Below, in pieces: positions 17,524 to 27,666 of a stretch of DNA of 64,000 bases. The first letter of the stretch is position 1; each line of letters opens with the position of its first letter. Source of the DNA: a virus (lineage: Duplodnaviria > Caudoviricetes); IMG/VR virus record IMGVR_UViG_3300029288_005816, positions 26,755-90,754 of that record. One strand, given 5' to 3'. The position numbers were made by a program, and so were the translations under genes. The notes beneath the pieces were generated by a model. That model saw nothing but the letters and a program-made list of their open reading frames with translations. It was not told the DNA's origin and did no database searches.

Positions 17524-17563
17524 GTTTTATTTTTTGACAAATATATAAAAAATTTTTGAATAA

Positions 17564-18070
17564 TCAACAAATTCTACCACAATTTTGATACATCCTCCAG
17601 ACTGCATAATTCCTTTCAAGATAAATAGGAGTCGGCATTCCAAGCGTTAAATGAAGTCCCCATTTTCCATCTTTAGGATACCCCATCTGTTCTCTTAAAT
17701 CCTTTAATTCATCACACCTAACTCTTAACCACACATGCATTCCATTTGTTCTCGGAGAAAGTTCATAAATAAATTTAACATTTTTTTTATGATATAAGTT
17801 CTTAAATTTTTCCCAGTTATCAGCACTTGTTTCTTCCCCCCTAATAACACTAATATGTGAGCCAAACGCTGGTTTTTGTAGTTTTATTCCATGCTGTTTT
17901 TCATAGAACCAAGAATAATATTCACCAAAATTATTATTTTCTCCTAAAGTAACAATAACCCACCATTTTTTAAACATTTTTTCTGATGGGTCAACAAGAG
18001 CTCTGGGGTCAAAAACGATTGTTCCTTCATATTCTACTAATTGTTCATTTTCAAAATCAAGACGATACAT
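17564..18070 (-). CDS. 2H phosphoesterase superfamily protein
   Basis: Two Hx(S/T)-hydrophobic motifs: HISV and HLTL. Confidence 0.65.
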   Translation of the reverse strand: MYRLDFENEQLVEYEGTIVFDPRALVDPSEKMFKKWWVIVTLGENNNFGEYYSWFYEKQHGIKLQKPAFGSHISVIRGEETSADNWEKFKNLYHKKNVKFIYELSPRTNGMHVWLRVRCDELKDLREQMGYPKDGKWGLHLTLGMPTPIYLERNYAVWRMYQNCGRIC

Positions 18071-19007
18071 TTTTACTCAATTCATATAATTGTCTAGCTT
18101 TAGTTTTTATTTCATCAATTTTAATAATTTTATCAACCCATTCTTTAGGAATACCGTTGAGTCCATAGTATGCCCCAGCTATTTGTCCATAAACAGCACC
18201 AGTTGTATCTGCATCGTTCCCAAGATTTACAGCCTTTAGTGCTCCATCTTTAAAATTATCAGTACTTTCAAAAGCCCATAACGCTGATTCCAAGCAACTA
18301 ATAACATATCCACTTCCAACTATTCCCCCAGGTATTCCAGGTTTTCTTTCTTTATATTTCTTATTTATAATATTCCAAACCAACGGATGAGACATCTCTT
18401 CATCCATTTCCCAAGATGCCCACTCTTCAACAGAAGGTCCACCTAAAACATTATCTTTAGATTTTCCATTTAATAAATTAGCTATTATCCATCCCATAAA
18501 AACGGAACATCCTATTGATTGATAAGATGCATGTGTGGTCTTGGAATTTAGCTCACAATACTCTTTACATTTTGTTAAATTATTATAATATACCATAGGA
18601 ATAGGTGCTAATCTCATTATTGCACCATTTCCTGCTGCATATTTGTCATCTGAATAAGGGTTTTTTGTTTTTTCATAATGTTTTATTCCTTTTACTGTAG
18701 CCATGCCTATATCAAAGCAATAACCCATTGGACTATTATATCCATGGTGATACCAGTTGACGAATTTTGTCATAATGTCTTCAGCATCGAACTGCCTTTT
18801 TTCAATTAAACTATCGGCAATACATAATGCCATAGAAGTATCATCTGTCCAGCACCCAACTGGCACTTTAAATGGTCCTCCTCCGACAATATCAGAAACT
18901 GGATTTGCTTGAGCTTCTTCATAAGAAGTAAACTCAAGCGTTGTGCCAAGCGCATCTCCAACAGCAAGACCAACAAAACATCCTAAAAATTTGTCAAGGT
19001 TATCCAT
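18057..19007 (-). CDS. ADP-ribosylglycohydrolase (DraG/ARH family)
   Basis: GLAVGDALG, WTDDTSM, GNGAIMR, GNDADTTGAVYGQIAGA. Confidence 0.93.
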   Translation of the reverse strand: MDNLDKFLGCFVGLAVGDALGTTLEFTSYEEAQANPVSDIVGGGPFKVPVGCWTDDTSMALCIADSLIEKRQFDAEDIMTKFVNWYHHGYNSPMGYCFDIGMATVKGIKHYEKTKNPYSDDKYAAGNGAIMRLAPIPMVYYNNLTKCKEYCELNSKTTHASYQSIGCSVFMGWIIANLLNGKSKDNVLGGPSVEEWASWEMDEEMSHPLVWNIINKKYKERKPGIPGGIVGSGYVISCLESALWAFESTDNFKDGALKAVNLGNDADTTGAVYGQIAGAYYGLNGIPKEWVDKIIKIDEIKTKARQLYELSKNVSS

Positions 19008-19455
19008 TCAATTTATTTTTTACAATTTGAGAAACAATTTTATTGTCAGCTTTTCCTGAAAACTCAGAATTGAATTTTGCCATTACTTTTCCCATATCTT
19101 TCATAGAAGAAGCTCCAAGCTCTTCTATAATATCTGAAATCAACATTTTCATTTGGTCTTCTGACATTTGTTGTGGAAGATAAGTATCAAGAATTTCAAT
19201 CTCTTTGCAAACATTTTCAGGAATTTCTCTTTTACACATTTCACACTCTTCTTTAATAATTTCCTGATTCTTTTTAATTTTTTTCAAAATTGCTGTTATT
19301 CCTTCATCATTAAGGTAGAAATCAGCTTTTCCACGACCTTCTTCTAATGCTACTTCAGATAAAACAACTTTTAATAAATTTTTTTTTATCCCATTATTGG
19401 TTTTAATAGCTATTTTCAAATCGTCTTTCAACCTATCTTTCAATGTTTGCTGCAT
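19000..19455 (-). CDS. GatB/YqeY domain protein
   Basis: YLPQQMSED, SSMKDMGKVM, GKAD. Confidence 0.88.
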   Translation of the reverse strand: MQQTLKDRLKDDLKIAIKTNNGIKKNLLKVVLSEVALEEGRGKADFYLNDEGITAILKKIKKNQEIIKEECEMCKREIPENVCKEIEILDTYLPQQMSEDQMKMLISDIIEELGASSMKDMGKVMAKFNSEFSGKADNKIVSQIVKNKLNG

Positions 19456-19490
19456 AATTTTAAGTTTAAATAAATGTTTATTTTTTTTAA

Positions 19491-19748
19491 TTAATCAATA
19501 AAATTTTCTCTATACCAAGCTTTTGGAGCATGTTCATTAATCCAAGCCAAAGCTTCTGGTTTAATCATGTTGTACAAAAATTCATACATTTCATCTTCAT
19601 AAGCATCCCAATCAGAATCCCAAGTAATTTCAAGTTCCCCTGAAAATTCATTTATTTTTGGAATTGCAATATCCATTACTTTTTGGGCTTGTTGTGCAAA
19701 CATTTCATGTTCACATAACATACTTTCCAATTTTTCTCTAACTGTCAT
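19491..19748 (-). CDS. Hypothetical protein
   Basis: 85 aa ORF. Confidence 0.65.
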   Translation of the reverse strand: MTVREKLESMLCEHEMFAQQAQKVMDIAIPKINEFSGELEITWDSDWDAYEDEMYEFLYNMIKPEALAWINEHAPKAWYRENFID

Positions 19749-19766
19749 ATAAAAAAATTTAAGTTT

Positions 19767-20708
19767 TCAGAGAACCCATTTAGCCATATTATTATCGAGC
19801 ATAAAAAGGCAATCTCTTTCTTCAATATCTTCTTCAAGAATATATTCTTTAAAATTTATATAGTATTTATTTCCAGGACAGCCAAACAATGTTTTGTATC
19901 CATTAACCAGCCCAACCATTGTTTGAGAAAAAATAGTTTTCACATATATATCCTTTGATATTTTTTGCAATTTAAAGATAGTAGGGTTAACATTCATCCA
20001 AGTTTTACTATCACTTAAGCGTTTTTCTTTAATTGTTTTAACTACTTCTATTATCTGTTCAATCCGTTCATGTGCAATTTCTTTATTATCCCCTAAATTC
20101 ATGACCAACTCGTCATGAGAAATAAATATAATATTTTCCGATGGAAAAATTTCTTCCAATTCTTCAACCAGCTTTAGCATATGATAATGTTGAATTTTTT
20201 GAAATCTCTTTGGGTTTAAATTGCCAAATACAACTTGCCTGAAACTTTTACTAGATGAAATCATGGGATGAATCTTAAATGAATCACATAATTCAACCCA
20301 ACTAGACTTTAGTTCATTTTCAGTATCAAATATTTTCATAGATTGAAAATTTGCACTTGAAAAGTCTAAGGATAACATAAAGTTACCTTCATACAATTTT
20401 AAATAGTCTTTCGTAAACAATTTAGTTTTAGAATAATCAAATTCTTGACATCTTTTGTAAGATTCTGATGATTCCAAATGATTTTTAAGTAAACCATATA
20501 CTGTCCCCATTTTATAATGACCTACATTGTTGTATCCACTTTTTTGTAACCATTCTTCAAATTCAGAATAATTATCTACAAGAGAAATAATATCTTTAAA
20601 TTCAAAAGACTTAAAAAGAGTTTGAATATAATATTCGAAATATTTTTCAATCGGAATATTTAATTTAAACATTTTAGCAAATTCAACAATTTCTTTAATT
20701 TTTTTCAT
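19767..20708 (-). CDS. Hypothetical protein with family-A polymerase palm-like motifs
   Basis: SLDFSSANFQ (motif A-like) and FISHDELV (motif C-like); function is inference. Confidence 0.5.
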   Translation of the reverse strand: MKKIKEIVEFAKMFKLNIPIEKYFEYYIQTLFKSFEFKDIISLVDNYSEFEEWLQKSGYNNVGHYKMGTVYGLLKNHLESSESYKRCQEFDYSKTKLFTKDYLKLYEGNFMLSLDFSSANFQSMKIFDTENELKSSWVELCDSFKIHPMISSSKSFRQVVFGNLNPKRFQKIQHYHMLKLVEELEEIFPSENIIFISHDELVMNLGDNKEIAHERIEQIIEVVKTIKEKRLSDSKTWMNVNPTIFKLQKISKDIYVKTIFSQTMVGLVNGYKTLFGCPGNKYYINFKEYILEEDIEERDCLFMLDNNMAKWVL

Positions 20709-20714
20709 GTTTTT

Positions 20715-20960
20715 TTATTTTAAAGACCCATCTGCAGAGAAAACAGAAACATCAATCCATATTTTATCACCAATTTTTAATTGTTCTATACTTTTTGCAA
20801 CTCGACTCTCTGTTAAAAAACTATGAAGGTTACAACAAAATATTTTCTTTTTACTATTCAAAAGTCTAATTTCGAACATCTGATTTGTTCCGCAACTTCT
20901 TATGATAATTTTTTTTATTTCGTCAAGCCCAAAACTTCCGTTATATGCTGTCTGTATCAT
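20715..20960 (-). CDS. Hypothetical protein
   Basis: 81 aa ORF downstream of a promoter motif copy. Confidence 0.6.
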   Translation of the reverse strand: MIQTAYNGSFGLDEIKKIIIRSCGTNQMFEIRLLNSKKKIFCCNLHSFLTESRVAKSIEQLKIGDKIWIDVSVFSADGSLK

Positions 20961-20982
20961 TTTTGTTTAATTTATATTGTTT

Positions 20983-21010
20983 TATACGAAAATAATTTAG
21001 TAAAGTTATA
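20983..21010 (-). promoter_or_regulatory. WAAC-N16-CGTA promoter motif copy
   Basis: TATAAC-16nt-CGTATA. Confidence 0.7.
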
Positions 21011-21070
21011 TATTTTTTTCGAATTTACAAAATTTTTTCATATTTATAATTGTAACACAAAAGCACAAAT

Positions 21071-21226
21071 ATGAAAAAAGAAAGACATTTGACCATTAGA
21101 ATTTCAAACGAATTGTACAATAGTTTAATTAACAAAACTCTTAAAAGAAGCAATAAAGAAAAAAAACTTATTAAACTTTCAGAAACAATAAGAGAAATCT
21201 TAGAAAAACATGAAAATTTAAAATAA
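21071..21226 (+). CDS. Small ribbon-helix-helix protein
   Basis: Not in the ORF track; MKKERHLTIRISNELYNSL...LSETIREILEKHENLK* (51 aa). Confidence 0.65.
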   Translation: MKKERHLTIRISNELYNSLINKTLKRSNKEKKLIKLSETIREILEKHENLK

Positions 21227-21245
21227 ATATAAAACATTATAAATT

Positions 21246-22385
21246 ATGATATTAACTGAAAAAACACAAATAAAGATAAACCCCAAAAATTTTAAGTATT
21301 ATCAAAAATTGCACTATACTCCAATAGTTGGCGAAATGTTGGACGTTTTTGTTAAAGATTTAACAAAGTGTAGTTCTGCATTAGTTAAAATAGAATGTGA
21401 CATTTGCCACTATGTTAAAATCATGAAATATGAAAATTATTACAATAACACCAAAAAATATGGGTATTATTCTTGTAATGGTAAATGTTCAAAAAATAAA
21501 TTAAAAAAAACTTGTAAGGAGCGATATGGTGATGAACATTTTTTTAAATGTAATACTTTTTTAGAAAAAAAAGAAAAAACATGCCGTACAAAATATGATG
21601 TTAATAATTATACAAAAAGTGATATCATTAAAGAAAAGTCAAAGCAAACAAAAAAAAATAAATATAATGATGAAAATTATAACAACAGAGAAAAGGCTAA
21701 AAAAACTTGCATAAAACTATATGGCGTTGACCACCCTTCTAAATTAAGTGACTTTGGCAATAAAGTTAAATGCATTTTGTTGAATAAGTATGGAATTGAA
21801 AACTATAATAATCAAGCTAAAGCTATAAAAACAAGCATAGAAAAGTATGGGGTTGCACACTCATCACAATATTTTAAAGTAAAAGCTAAAAAGGAATCAA
21901 CAAATATAAAAAGATATGGGTTTAAATCTGCTTTACAAAATGAGGATGTAAAAAAGAAAACACTAAAAACGAATATAAAAAGGTATGGTGTTAATTGTCC
22001 AATGCAAAACCCGAATATATTTCTAAAACAGCAAAAGTCATCGTATGTAATCAAAATTCATGCTGAAACTGGTTTATATTACAGAGGTACATATGAAAAA
22101 GATTTTTTAGATATGTGTCATATTAAAAGCATTCCAATACAACAAGGTAAAAGAATAAAGTACATAAACAATAATAAACATCATTATTATTTTTCTGATT
22201 TTTATTTAATGGGGCACAATATGATTATTGAAATTAAATCATCATATACTTTTAAAAAAATGTATGCCCTAAATATAATAAAAAGAGATGCTGCAATAAA
22301 AAAAGGCTATAAATTTATTTTTATAATAAACAAAGATTATACTGAATTTTTAAATATTGTAAAAATTCCTTCTAACATTAATTAG
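21246..22385 (+). CDS. Free-standing PD-(D/E)XK (TnsA-N-like) endonuclease with KYGV-type repeats
   Basis: Repeats KTCxxxYGVxxxSQ; C-terminal YRGTYE...YFSDFYL...IIEIKS. Confidence 0.75.
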   Translation: MILTEKTQIKINPKNFKYYQKLHYTPIVGEMLDVFVKDLTKCSSALVKIECDICHYVKIMKYENYYNNTKKYGYYSCNGKCSKNKLKKTCKERYGDEHFFKCNTFLEKKEKTCRTKYDVNNYTKSDIIKEKSKQTKKNKYNDENYNNREKAKKTCIKLYGVDHPSKLSDFGNKVKCILLNKYGIENYNNQAKAIKTSIEKYGVAHSSQYFKVKAKKESTNIKRYGFKSALQNEDVKKKTLKTNIKRYGVNCPMQNPNIFLKQQKSSYVIKIHAETGLYYRGTYEKDFLDMCHIKSIPIQQGKRIKYINNNKHHYYFSDFYLMGHNMIIEIKSSYTFKKMYALNIIKRDAAIKKGYKFIFIINKDYTEFLNIVKIPSNIN

Positions 22386-23528
22386 CAATTCATTTACAAA
22401 ACACTCATCAACCATATCTGGTAATTTTGAAGTTTTACATAATTCATTTGTTTTTTTTATTTTTTCATCTACAGATTTAAGTATTGAAAATAAATCAACT
22501 TCTCCATTTCTAATATTTAACAACTCTTGTGCATTAGGTCGTCTTACAATTACCCCTTTCCCTTCTAAAATTTCTATAGACATGTCAATTATCCTCACAC
22601 AATGAAGAAGATTCTTTGCATCAATCTTTGAGTTTTTTTCTTTATCAAGTTGTCCATGATTTTTAACATCAATCCATCGTTGAATATTTCTGTTTTTTAT
22701 CCAATTTTTATATTTTTTATAGTCCTTACAATGACTTGAATATGAGTCTTTTTGATATATAAAATTACACAATGAGGATTCTGTCCTAGGAACTGAACTT
22801 AGCCTAATACTATTAGACACACCTTCTTTACTTAGTCCTTTATATCCCAACCCAACTGTTTCCCCTTTGCCTTTGAAAACTTTTTTGTTGTGTTCTTTAT
22901 CATCTTTATCCATTGACTTAGCAAAGCAATTATGAGCTTTCCAATCATAAAAAAGAGAAAAAACATCTTTTGCATTTGGGACATTTACAACGCCGCAGAA
23001 AATTTGCTCCATTCCGTTTTCTTTTAAAAAACTCTTCAAAGGTTTAGACTCACTTCCATTTATTACATAGCAAAAATCAATCAGTCCCTTTCTAATTGTT
23101 TTGGATTTTTCCCAATTCATCATTTTGTCTTGCCCAGATGCTTTTTTGCATTGTGCGTAGGCATATCCGCCAAACGTTGCAGAACATTTTTTTGTAATAA
23201 ATTTCTCTTTTTCTCTTAAAATTAAATCAAAAACGGGGTGTTTATAAACAATAAACTCATCTGGAATATTTAAAATTTCTAAAATATTGGGGTTGTTTAA
23301 TGTTAACAGTTCAAGAAACCTTCCAACTTCATAGTAAACACAATCTCCCTTTTCATCTTGAACTTGTGGAATATATTTATTATACCCCATAATATCTTCT
23401 AATGGTTGAATATATACGCCACACATATCTTTGTCAGATATCCCTTCAATATAAGTCCCATATACAAAAGACCCTCTATATGATTCAAATATAATTAGTT
23501 TTTTATCTTTTAATTCTTGTATATTCAT
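22350..23528 (-). CDS. Pol-beta superfamily nucleotidyltransferase (RlaP/YcgL-like)
   Basis: RGSFVYGT...SDKDMCGVY (GS-x-DxD), LLTLNNPNILEIL, DAKNLLHCVR. Confidence 0.82.
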   Translation of the reverse strand: MNIQELKDKKLIIFESYRGSFVYGTYIEGISDKDMCGVYIQPLEDIMGYNKYIPQVQDEKGDCVYYEVGRFLELLTLNNPNILEILNIPDEFIVYKHPVFDLILREKEKFITKKCSATFGGYAYAQCKKASGQDKMMNWEKSKTIRKGLIDFCYVINGSESKPLKSFLKENGMEQIFCGVVNVPNAKDVFSLFYDWKAHNCFAKSMDKDDKEHNKKVFKGKGETVGLGYKGLSKEGVSNSIRLSSVPRTESSLCNFIYQKDSYSSHCKDYKKYKNWIKNRNIQRWIDVKNHGQLDKEKNSKIDAKNLLHCVRIIDMSIEILEGKGVIVRRPNAQELLNIRNGEVDLFSILKSVDEKIKKTNELCKTSKLPDMVDECFVNELLINVRRNFYNI

Positions 23529-23548
23529 CGTTATTCTTTTTATTCTTT

Positions 23549-23576
23549 TATACGATTTTTTTTACATTTTGTTTCA
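23549..23576 (-). promoter_or_regulatory. WAAC-N16-CGTA promoter motif copy
   Basis: TGAAAC-16nt-CGTATA. Confidence 0.7.
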
Positions 23577-23583
23577 AACATCT

Positions 23584-23964
23584 TTAACTATCTGTGTATA
23601 TACTGCCAATTTGAATATATCCTTTGTCATGCACTAAAATACTATAAAAATCAGCACAATCATGTATCAAATATACGCTTTCCCCTCCACAAAACTCTAA
23701 TATTCCATCTAACACAAATTTTCTAAATTCTTCTGATGTTTCTGTACTTGGCCAATGTGCTTCAAGGGTTAATGATAATAGCTCCTTGTCACTAAAATTA
23801 TACAAAAAAGCATTATTTTCCTCTTCTTCGTCAAGAGTATAATCTGGTAATAATTTTTTCTTTTTTTCTATTTTAAAAATATCAAAATCACCATACCAAT
23901 TGCTTTTCCCCAGTTCATAAAGTGTTTTATTGTCAACTCTTACCAAATAATAAAATGTACTCAT
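23584..23964 (-). CDS. Hypothetical protein, paralog of 23961-24362
   Basis: Shared N-terminus Y.LVR.DNKT.YELGK. Confidence 0.7.
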   Translation of the reverse strand: MSTFYYLVRVDNKTLYELGKSNWYGDFDIFKIEKKKKLLPDYTLDEEEENNAFLYNFSDKELLSLTLEAHWPSTETSEEFRKFVLDGILEFCGGESVYLIHDCADFYSILVHDKGYIQIGSIYTDS

Positions 23965-24362
23965 GGTTTTTTATAATTATATATACTTTCAACAATAGAA
24001 AACCCATAGTCTCTTTTCAACTCCACAAGAGTATCACTTCCTTCATATAACATACAAACTATATTTCCATCACAAAAATTTATTATTGAATTTATTACAT
24101 ATTTAACAAATTCTGTATCTTCTAATGTACCTTTTTCATAATTATTTTCTTTAATATGTTCTTTAAAAACAATTTCGAGCATTTCTGTATCACAAACATT
24201 AAAAGTCTCAATAAATTCTTCTTCTGCATATTTATTATTTGGAATCAATTTCATATTTGTTTTAACTTTAAATATTCCCAAAGTGTCATTCCATCCAGTT
24301 GTTTTCCCAAGTTCATAAATGGTTTTATTATCTGGCCTTACTAAGTACTTATATACACTCAT
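23961..24362 (-). CDS. Hypothetical protein, paralog of 23584-23964
   Basis: Shared N-terminus YLVRPDNKTIYELGK. Confidence 0.7.
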   Translation of the reverse strand: MSVYKYLVRPDNKTIYELGKTTGWNDTLGIFKVKTNMKLIPNNKYAEEEFIETFNVCDTEMLEIVFKEHIKENNYEKGTLEDTEFVKYVINSIINFCDGNIVCMLYEGSDTLVELKRDYGFSIVESIYNYKKP

Positions 24363-24369
24363 ACTTTAA

Positions 24370-25023
24370 TTATTTTGTAATTTTCATCCCTAATTTATTT
24401 TCATTAATTTTTGCAAAAAAACTTAGATTATTTTGGCCATTTCTATTTTTTAAAATTTTTAAATTTAAAATAATGTTATATTTTTTACCAAATATCTTTT
24501 GAATTATTCTTTTAAATTTACTTATAATTTTGTTTGAAGTATGTTTCCTTAATCCAAGAATAAAATCTGCTATATGTGCCATTTTTATGGTATTAGGCAA
24601 ACCATATAAATCTAATTGATTAGGTGAATATTGTTTTATTGTATTAATTCCCATAATAACACAAATATTATTTTCAATTGCAAAATCCCTAATTTTCATA
24701 AAAAATTCTTTATTCTCCATATAATATACATCATAAATAATTATATAATCAAGTTTATTTTTTTCTTTTATTTTAACATTTAAATAATTAAATAAGTCTT
24801 TATTAACATTGGAGATATTTACAATAGTACACTTGCTTTTGAGACTTGAAAAGCCCCAAGGCGATAGAAATAATACATTTTTTCTTTTTTTAGAATATAT
24901 TTCAGCCAGATTTGATAGAAACAATCCTTTGCCATCACCTGCTGCAGAACTCACAATAGATAATCCCGTAAATTGATTACATAGGTCATCTAAGGTGCTA
25001 TTACGATTTAATTTAAATTTCAT
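24370..25023 (-). CDS. Degenerate DnaB/RecA-like ATPase C-terminal domain
   Basis: SAAGDGKG P-loop-like, NVLFLS, ADFILGL, LKNRNG; likely start MKFKL at 25023. Confidence 0.5.
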   Translation of the reverse strand: MKFKLNRNSTLDDLCNQFTGLSIVSSAAGDGKGLFLSNLAEIYSKKRKNVLFLSPWGFSSLKSKCTIVNISNVNKDLFNYLNVKIKEKNKLDYIIIYDVYYMENKEFFMKIRDFAIENNICVIMGINTIKQYSPNQLDLYGLPNTIKMAHIADFILGLRKHTSNKIISKFKRIIQKIFGKKYNIILNLKILKNRNGQNNLSFFAKINENKLGMKITK

Positions 25024-25027
25024 ATAT

Positions 25028-26089
25028 TTATTTTTTAGGTTTAATATTTTCTGAATCTTTAAGAGCTTCAAAAATTTCCTTTTCTTTGTCTGATAATGTT
25101 TTGGGAATAAATACAATTATATCAATATACATATCACCCCTGATATTTGTTCCTGCTTTATACAATCCTTTACCTTCAACTCTAAGTTTAGTTCCACTTT
25201 GTGTTCCTGGAGCAATAGCAATTTTTATAATTCCATTTTCAATTGTTTTCATTTCCAAATCTTTACCAAAAATTGCTTCATATATACTTATTTCATATTT
25301 TGTAAACAAATCAAATTCACGACGAGCTACAAATTCATTAAATTCCTCTTCAATAATAACGAATAAATTACCATTTATCCCGCCATTTTTTGAGACATTT
25401 CCAGCACCAGCAAATGATAATACATCTCCATTTTTTACACTCTTTGGAATTACTAAATCTACTATTTCTTCATGAAAAACTATTTTTTTACCATTGCAAG
25501 AAGGGCAAACTGTTTGAATTATTTTTCCAGTTCCTCCACAACTTGAACATGCTTCTTGAGTTACTACTGTTCCAACTATAGTGTTTTTTACATGTTGTAC
25601 TTGACCAGACCCATTACAAGTTGGACATGTTTTTACAGAGGACTCATTTGCCGCACCAGTTCCATTGCAAGTTTTACATAATACTTCTTTTCTATATTTT
25701 AATTTTTTTGTTATTCCAGTAAAAATTTCTTGTAAAGTTAATTTTAATTTTATTTTTAAATCTGTGCCCTTTTGAGGTTGTGAAGCGTGGTTTCTACGTC
25801 CCCCAAAAAATTGATTAAGTATATCATCCATGCTAAATCCACCGCCAAATCCATTTGGAAATCCTCCTGGAAATCCTTGTCCCATTTCAGAATCACCCAA
25901 ATCATACCTTTTCCTCTTTTCTATATCACCAATAACGGCATATGCTTCCCCTATTTCTTTAAATATTTCTTCATTTCCTCCTTTATCTGGATGATTTTTT
26001 TTAGCTAAAGTTCTATAAGCCTTTTTTATTTCTTCCTGAGATGCATCTTTTGAAACCCCTAAAATTTGATAATAATCTTTTCTTGTCAT
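25028..26089 (-). CDS. dnaJ: Chaperone DnaJ
   Basis: J-domain with HPD, G/F-rich linker, four CxxCxGxG repeats, C-terminal domain. Confidence 0.95.
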   Translation of the reverse strand: MTRKDYYQILGVSKDASQEEIKKAYRTLAKKNHPDKGGNEEIFKEIGEAYAVIGDIEKRKRYDLGDSEMGQGFPGGFPNGFGGGFSMDDILNQFFGGRRNHASQPQKGTDLKIKLKLTLQEIFTGITKKLKYRKEVLCKTCNGTGAANESSVKTCPTCNGSGQVQHVKNTIVGTVVTQEACSSCGGTGKIIQTVCPSCNGKKIVFHEEIVDLVIPKSVKNGDVLSFAGAGNVSKNGGINGNLFVIIEEEFNEFVARREFDLFTKYEISIYEAIFGKDLEMKTIENGIIKIAIAPGTQSGTKLRVEGKGLYKAGTNIRGDMYIDIIVFIPKTLSDKEKEIFEALKDSENIKPKK

Positions 26090-26168
26090 TTTACTATATT
26101 ATGTTAATTTATACAAAAATAGTATAAAAAAGCCTTAGACAAATCCAAGGCTTTATATTTTTTGATAT

Positions 26169-27095
26169 TTAAACTTCTGCCTCTGGAGAGTTTTGGGTGG
26201 GTTGTTTAAAAACTCTAACTTCTTCAGACATGGATTTCATCCTTAAATAATTTGTAGCCAATGCAACAACATCCTTTTCACAATATATAGCAATTCTCGG
26301 TAAATCTTTTTCTTTCCAAAAAATATCTTTAACTTGACTACCGTCAATATCATCTTTTGATGAAGCCGTTCCAAAAATATCAGAAAGAGAATCAAGACTA
26401 ACTGATGCATCCCATATTCCAAATGACCACGTTTCTTTTGTATCAATAATATGCGTTTGTTCCCACGGTTTCATATGTGCATAATCAAGTGCATATGGTA
26501 ATTTAAATCCATTTATAATTAATCTCTTTGCTATAAAAGGAAAGTCAAATATCTTACCATTATGCGCACAGAATGCCCAAGATTCTTTAGCTTTTTTATC
26601 TAAAATTGCTCCTAATTTTTCATGATTAATGAAATCGCTTAAAAGAATTTTCTCATCTTCATTTGAAAAAGTTATAATTTTAATATTATAAAAATCTTCT
26701 GCTTCATTTTTCCAAATAACTCCTGCAGAAATACAAAGGATTCTACCAAATTCTGGGAATATTGGTGCTTTTATATTATATAACTCATTTCCAACTTCTA
26801 ATTTAATTCCTTTCATAATTTCTTCTGGAGTTAAATCTTGTATACTTACTTTTTTTGTGGATTTTTTCTTTTTACCTCCTTCTGTAACCTCTTCTGTAGC
26901 TAAAACTTCTTTCTTTAGAGATTTGTTGTTAAGAAATTCCAAATATTTTGTATTTATTCTAGGTTCAAAGTCTTTCTTAAATCTCTTAAAAAAAATTTCC
27001 TGTTGACGTTCTGTCAATTCAGAAAAATTTTCTTTTTGACTAGTTGTTTCTATATCTAGAAACAAAATTCTATTTAACGGTTTTTGGTCTAACAT
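26169..27095 (-). CDS. PolB-type 3'-5' exonuclease
   Basis: FLDIET, HNGKIFDFPFI, YCEKDV. Confidence 0.85.
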   Translation of the reverse strand: MLDQKPLNRILFLDIETTSQKENFSELTERQQEIFFKRFKKDFEPRINTKYLEFLNNKSLKKEVLATEEVTEGGKKKKSTKKVSIQDLTPEEIMKGIKLEVGNELYNIKAPIFPEFGRILCISAGVIWKNEAEDFYNIKIITFSNEDEKILLSDFINHEKLGAILDKKAKESWAFCAHNGKIFDFPFIAKRLIINGFKLPYALDYAHMKPWEQTHIIDTKETWSFGIWDASVSLDSLSDIFGTASSKDDIDGSQVKDIFWKEKDLPRIAIYCEKDVVALATNYLRMKSMSEEVRVFKQPTQNSPEAEV

Positions 27096-27106
27096 ATATT
27101 TGATTT

Positions 27107-27634
27107 TTATTTTGTATTATTAAATTCTTTGAACATTCTATCAGATATTTTTTGATATAATCCTGATATTTTGTGTAAAATATATCGATATAGCTTTTTT
27201 ATGGGGTCATTAATTAATGTCCATATTATAGAAAATGGCCAATAACTCATCCAAACTATTACTCTGTTTTTATTTACTGAAAGATTTATATCAATTTCTT
27301 GTCTGTAAAATTTAATACAATTTTCTTTTTTTTCTTTTACTTCTTCTTTTATCGTAGAAAGATAAAAATACCATTTAAAAAATGACCAAACAATGCCCAA
27401 TACTACATATAATGCAAAAAACCCCAATACTGTCCACGGATTAGTTACAGCATAATTAAAAATATTTTTGAAACTTTCAAAATTCCCAAAAATTCCAATT
27501 AAGAAAACTGATATTATAAGAATAATCGTAGCTCCCGTACCACTTTGTTCCTCTTTTTCAACAAACGTAGTTATTAATATGAATGTTAATATAATTAACA
27601 ACCAAAACCATAATGTTCCAAATGCAAATAACAT
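27107..27634 (-). CDS. Membrane protein
   Basis: Several TM segments. Confidence 0.7.
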   Translation of the reverse strand: MLFAFGTLWFWLLIILTFILITTFVEKEEQSGTGATIILIISVFLIGIFGNFESFKNIFNYAVTNPWTVLGFFALYVVLGIVWSFFKWYFYLSTIKEEVKEKKENCIKFYRQEIDINLSVNKNRVIVWMSYWPFSIIWTLINDPIKKLYRYILHKISGLYQKISDRMFKEFNNTK

Positions 27635-27666
27635 AATTCTATTTTTAAATTAATAATTTATTTTAA

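Noticed and set aside
21025-21237. Minus-strand hydrophobic 70-aa ORF
   Set aside because: Antisense to the better-supported RHH gene at 21071-21226
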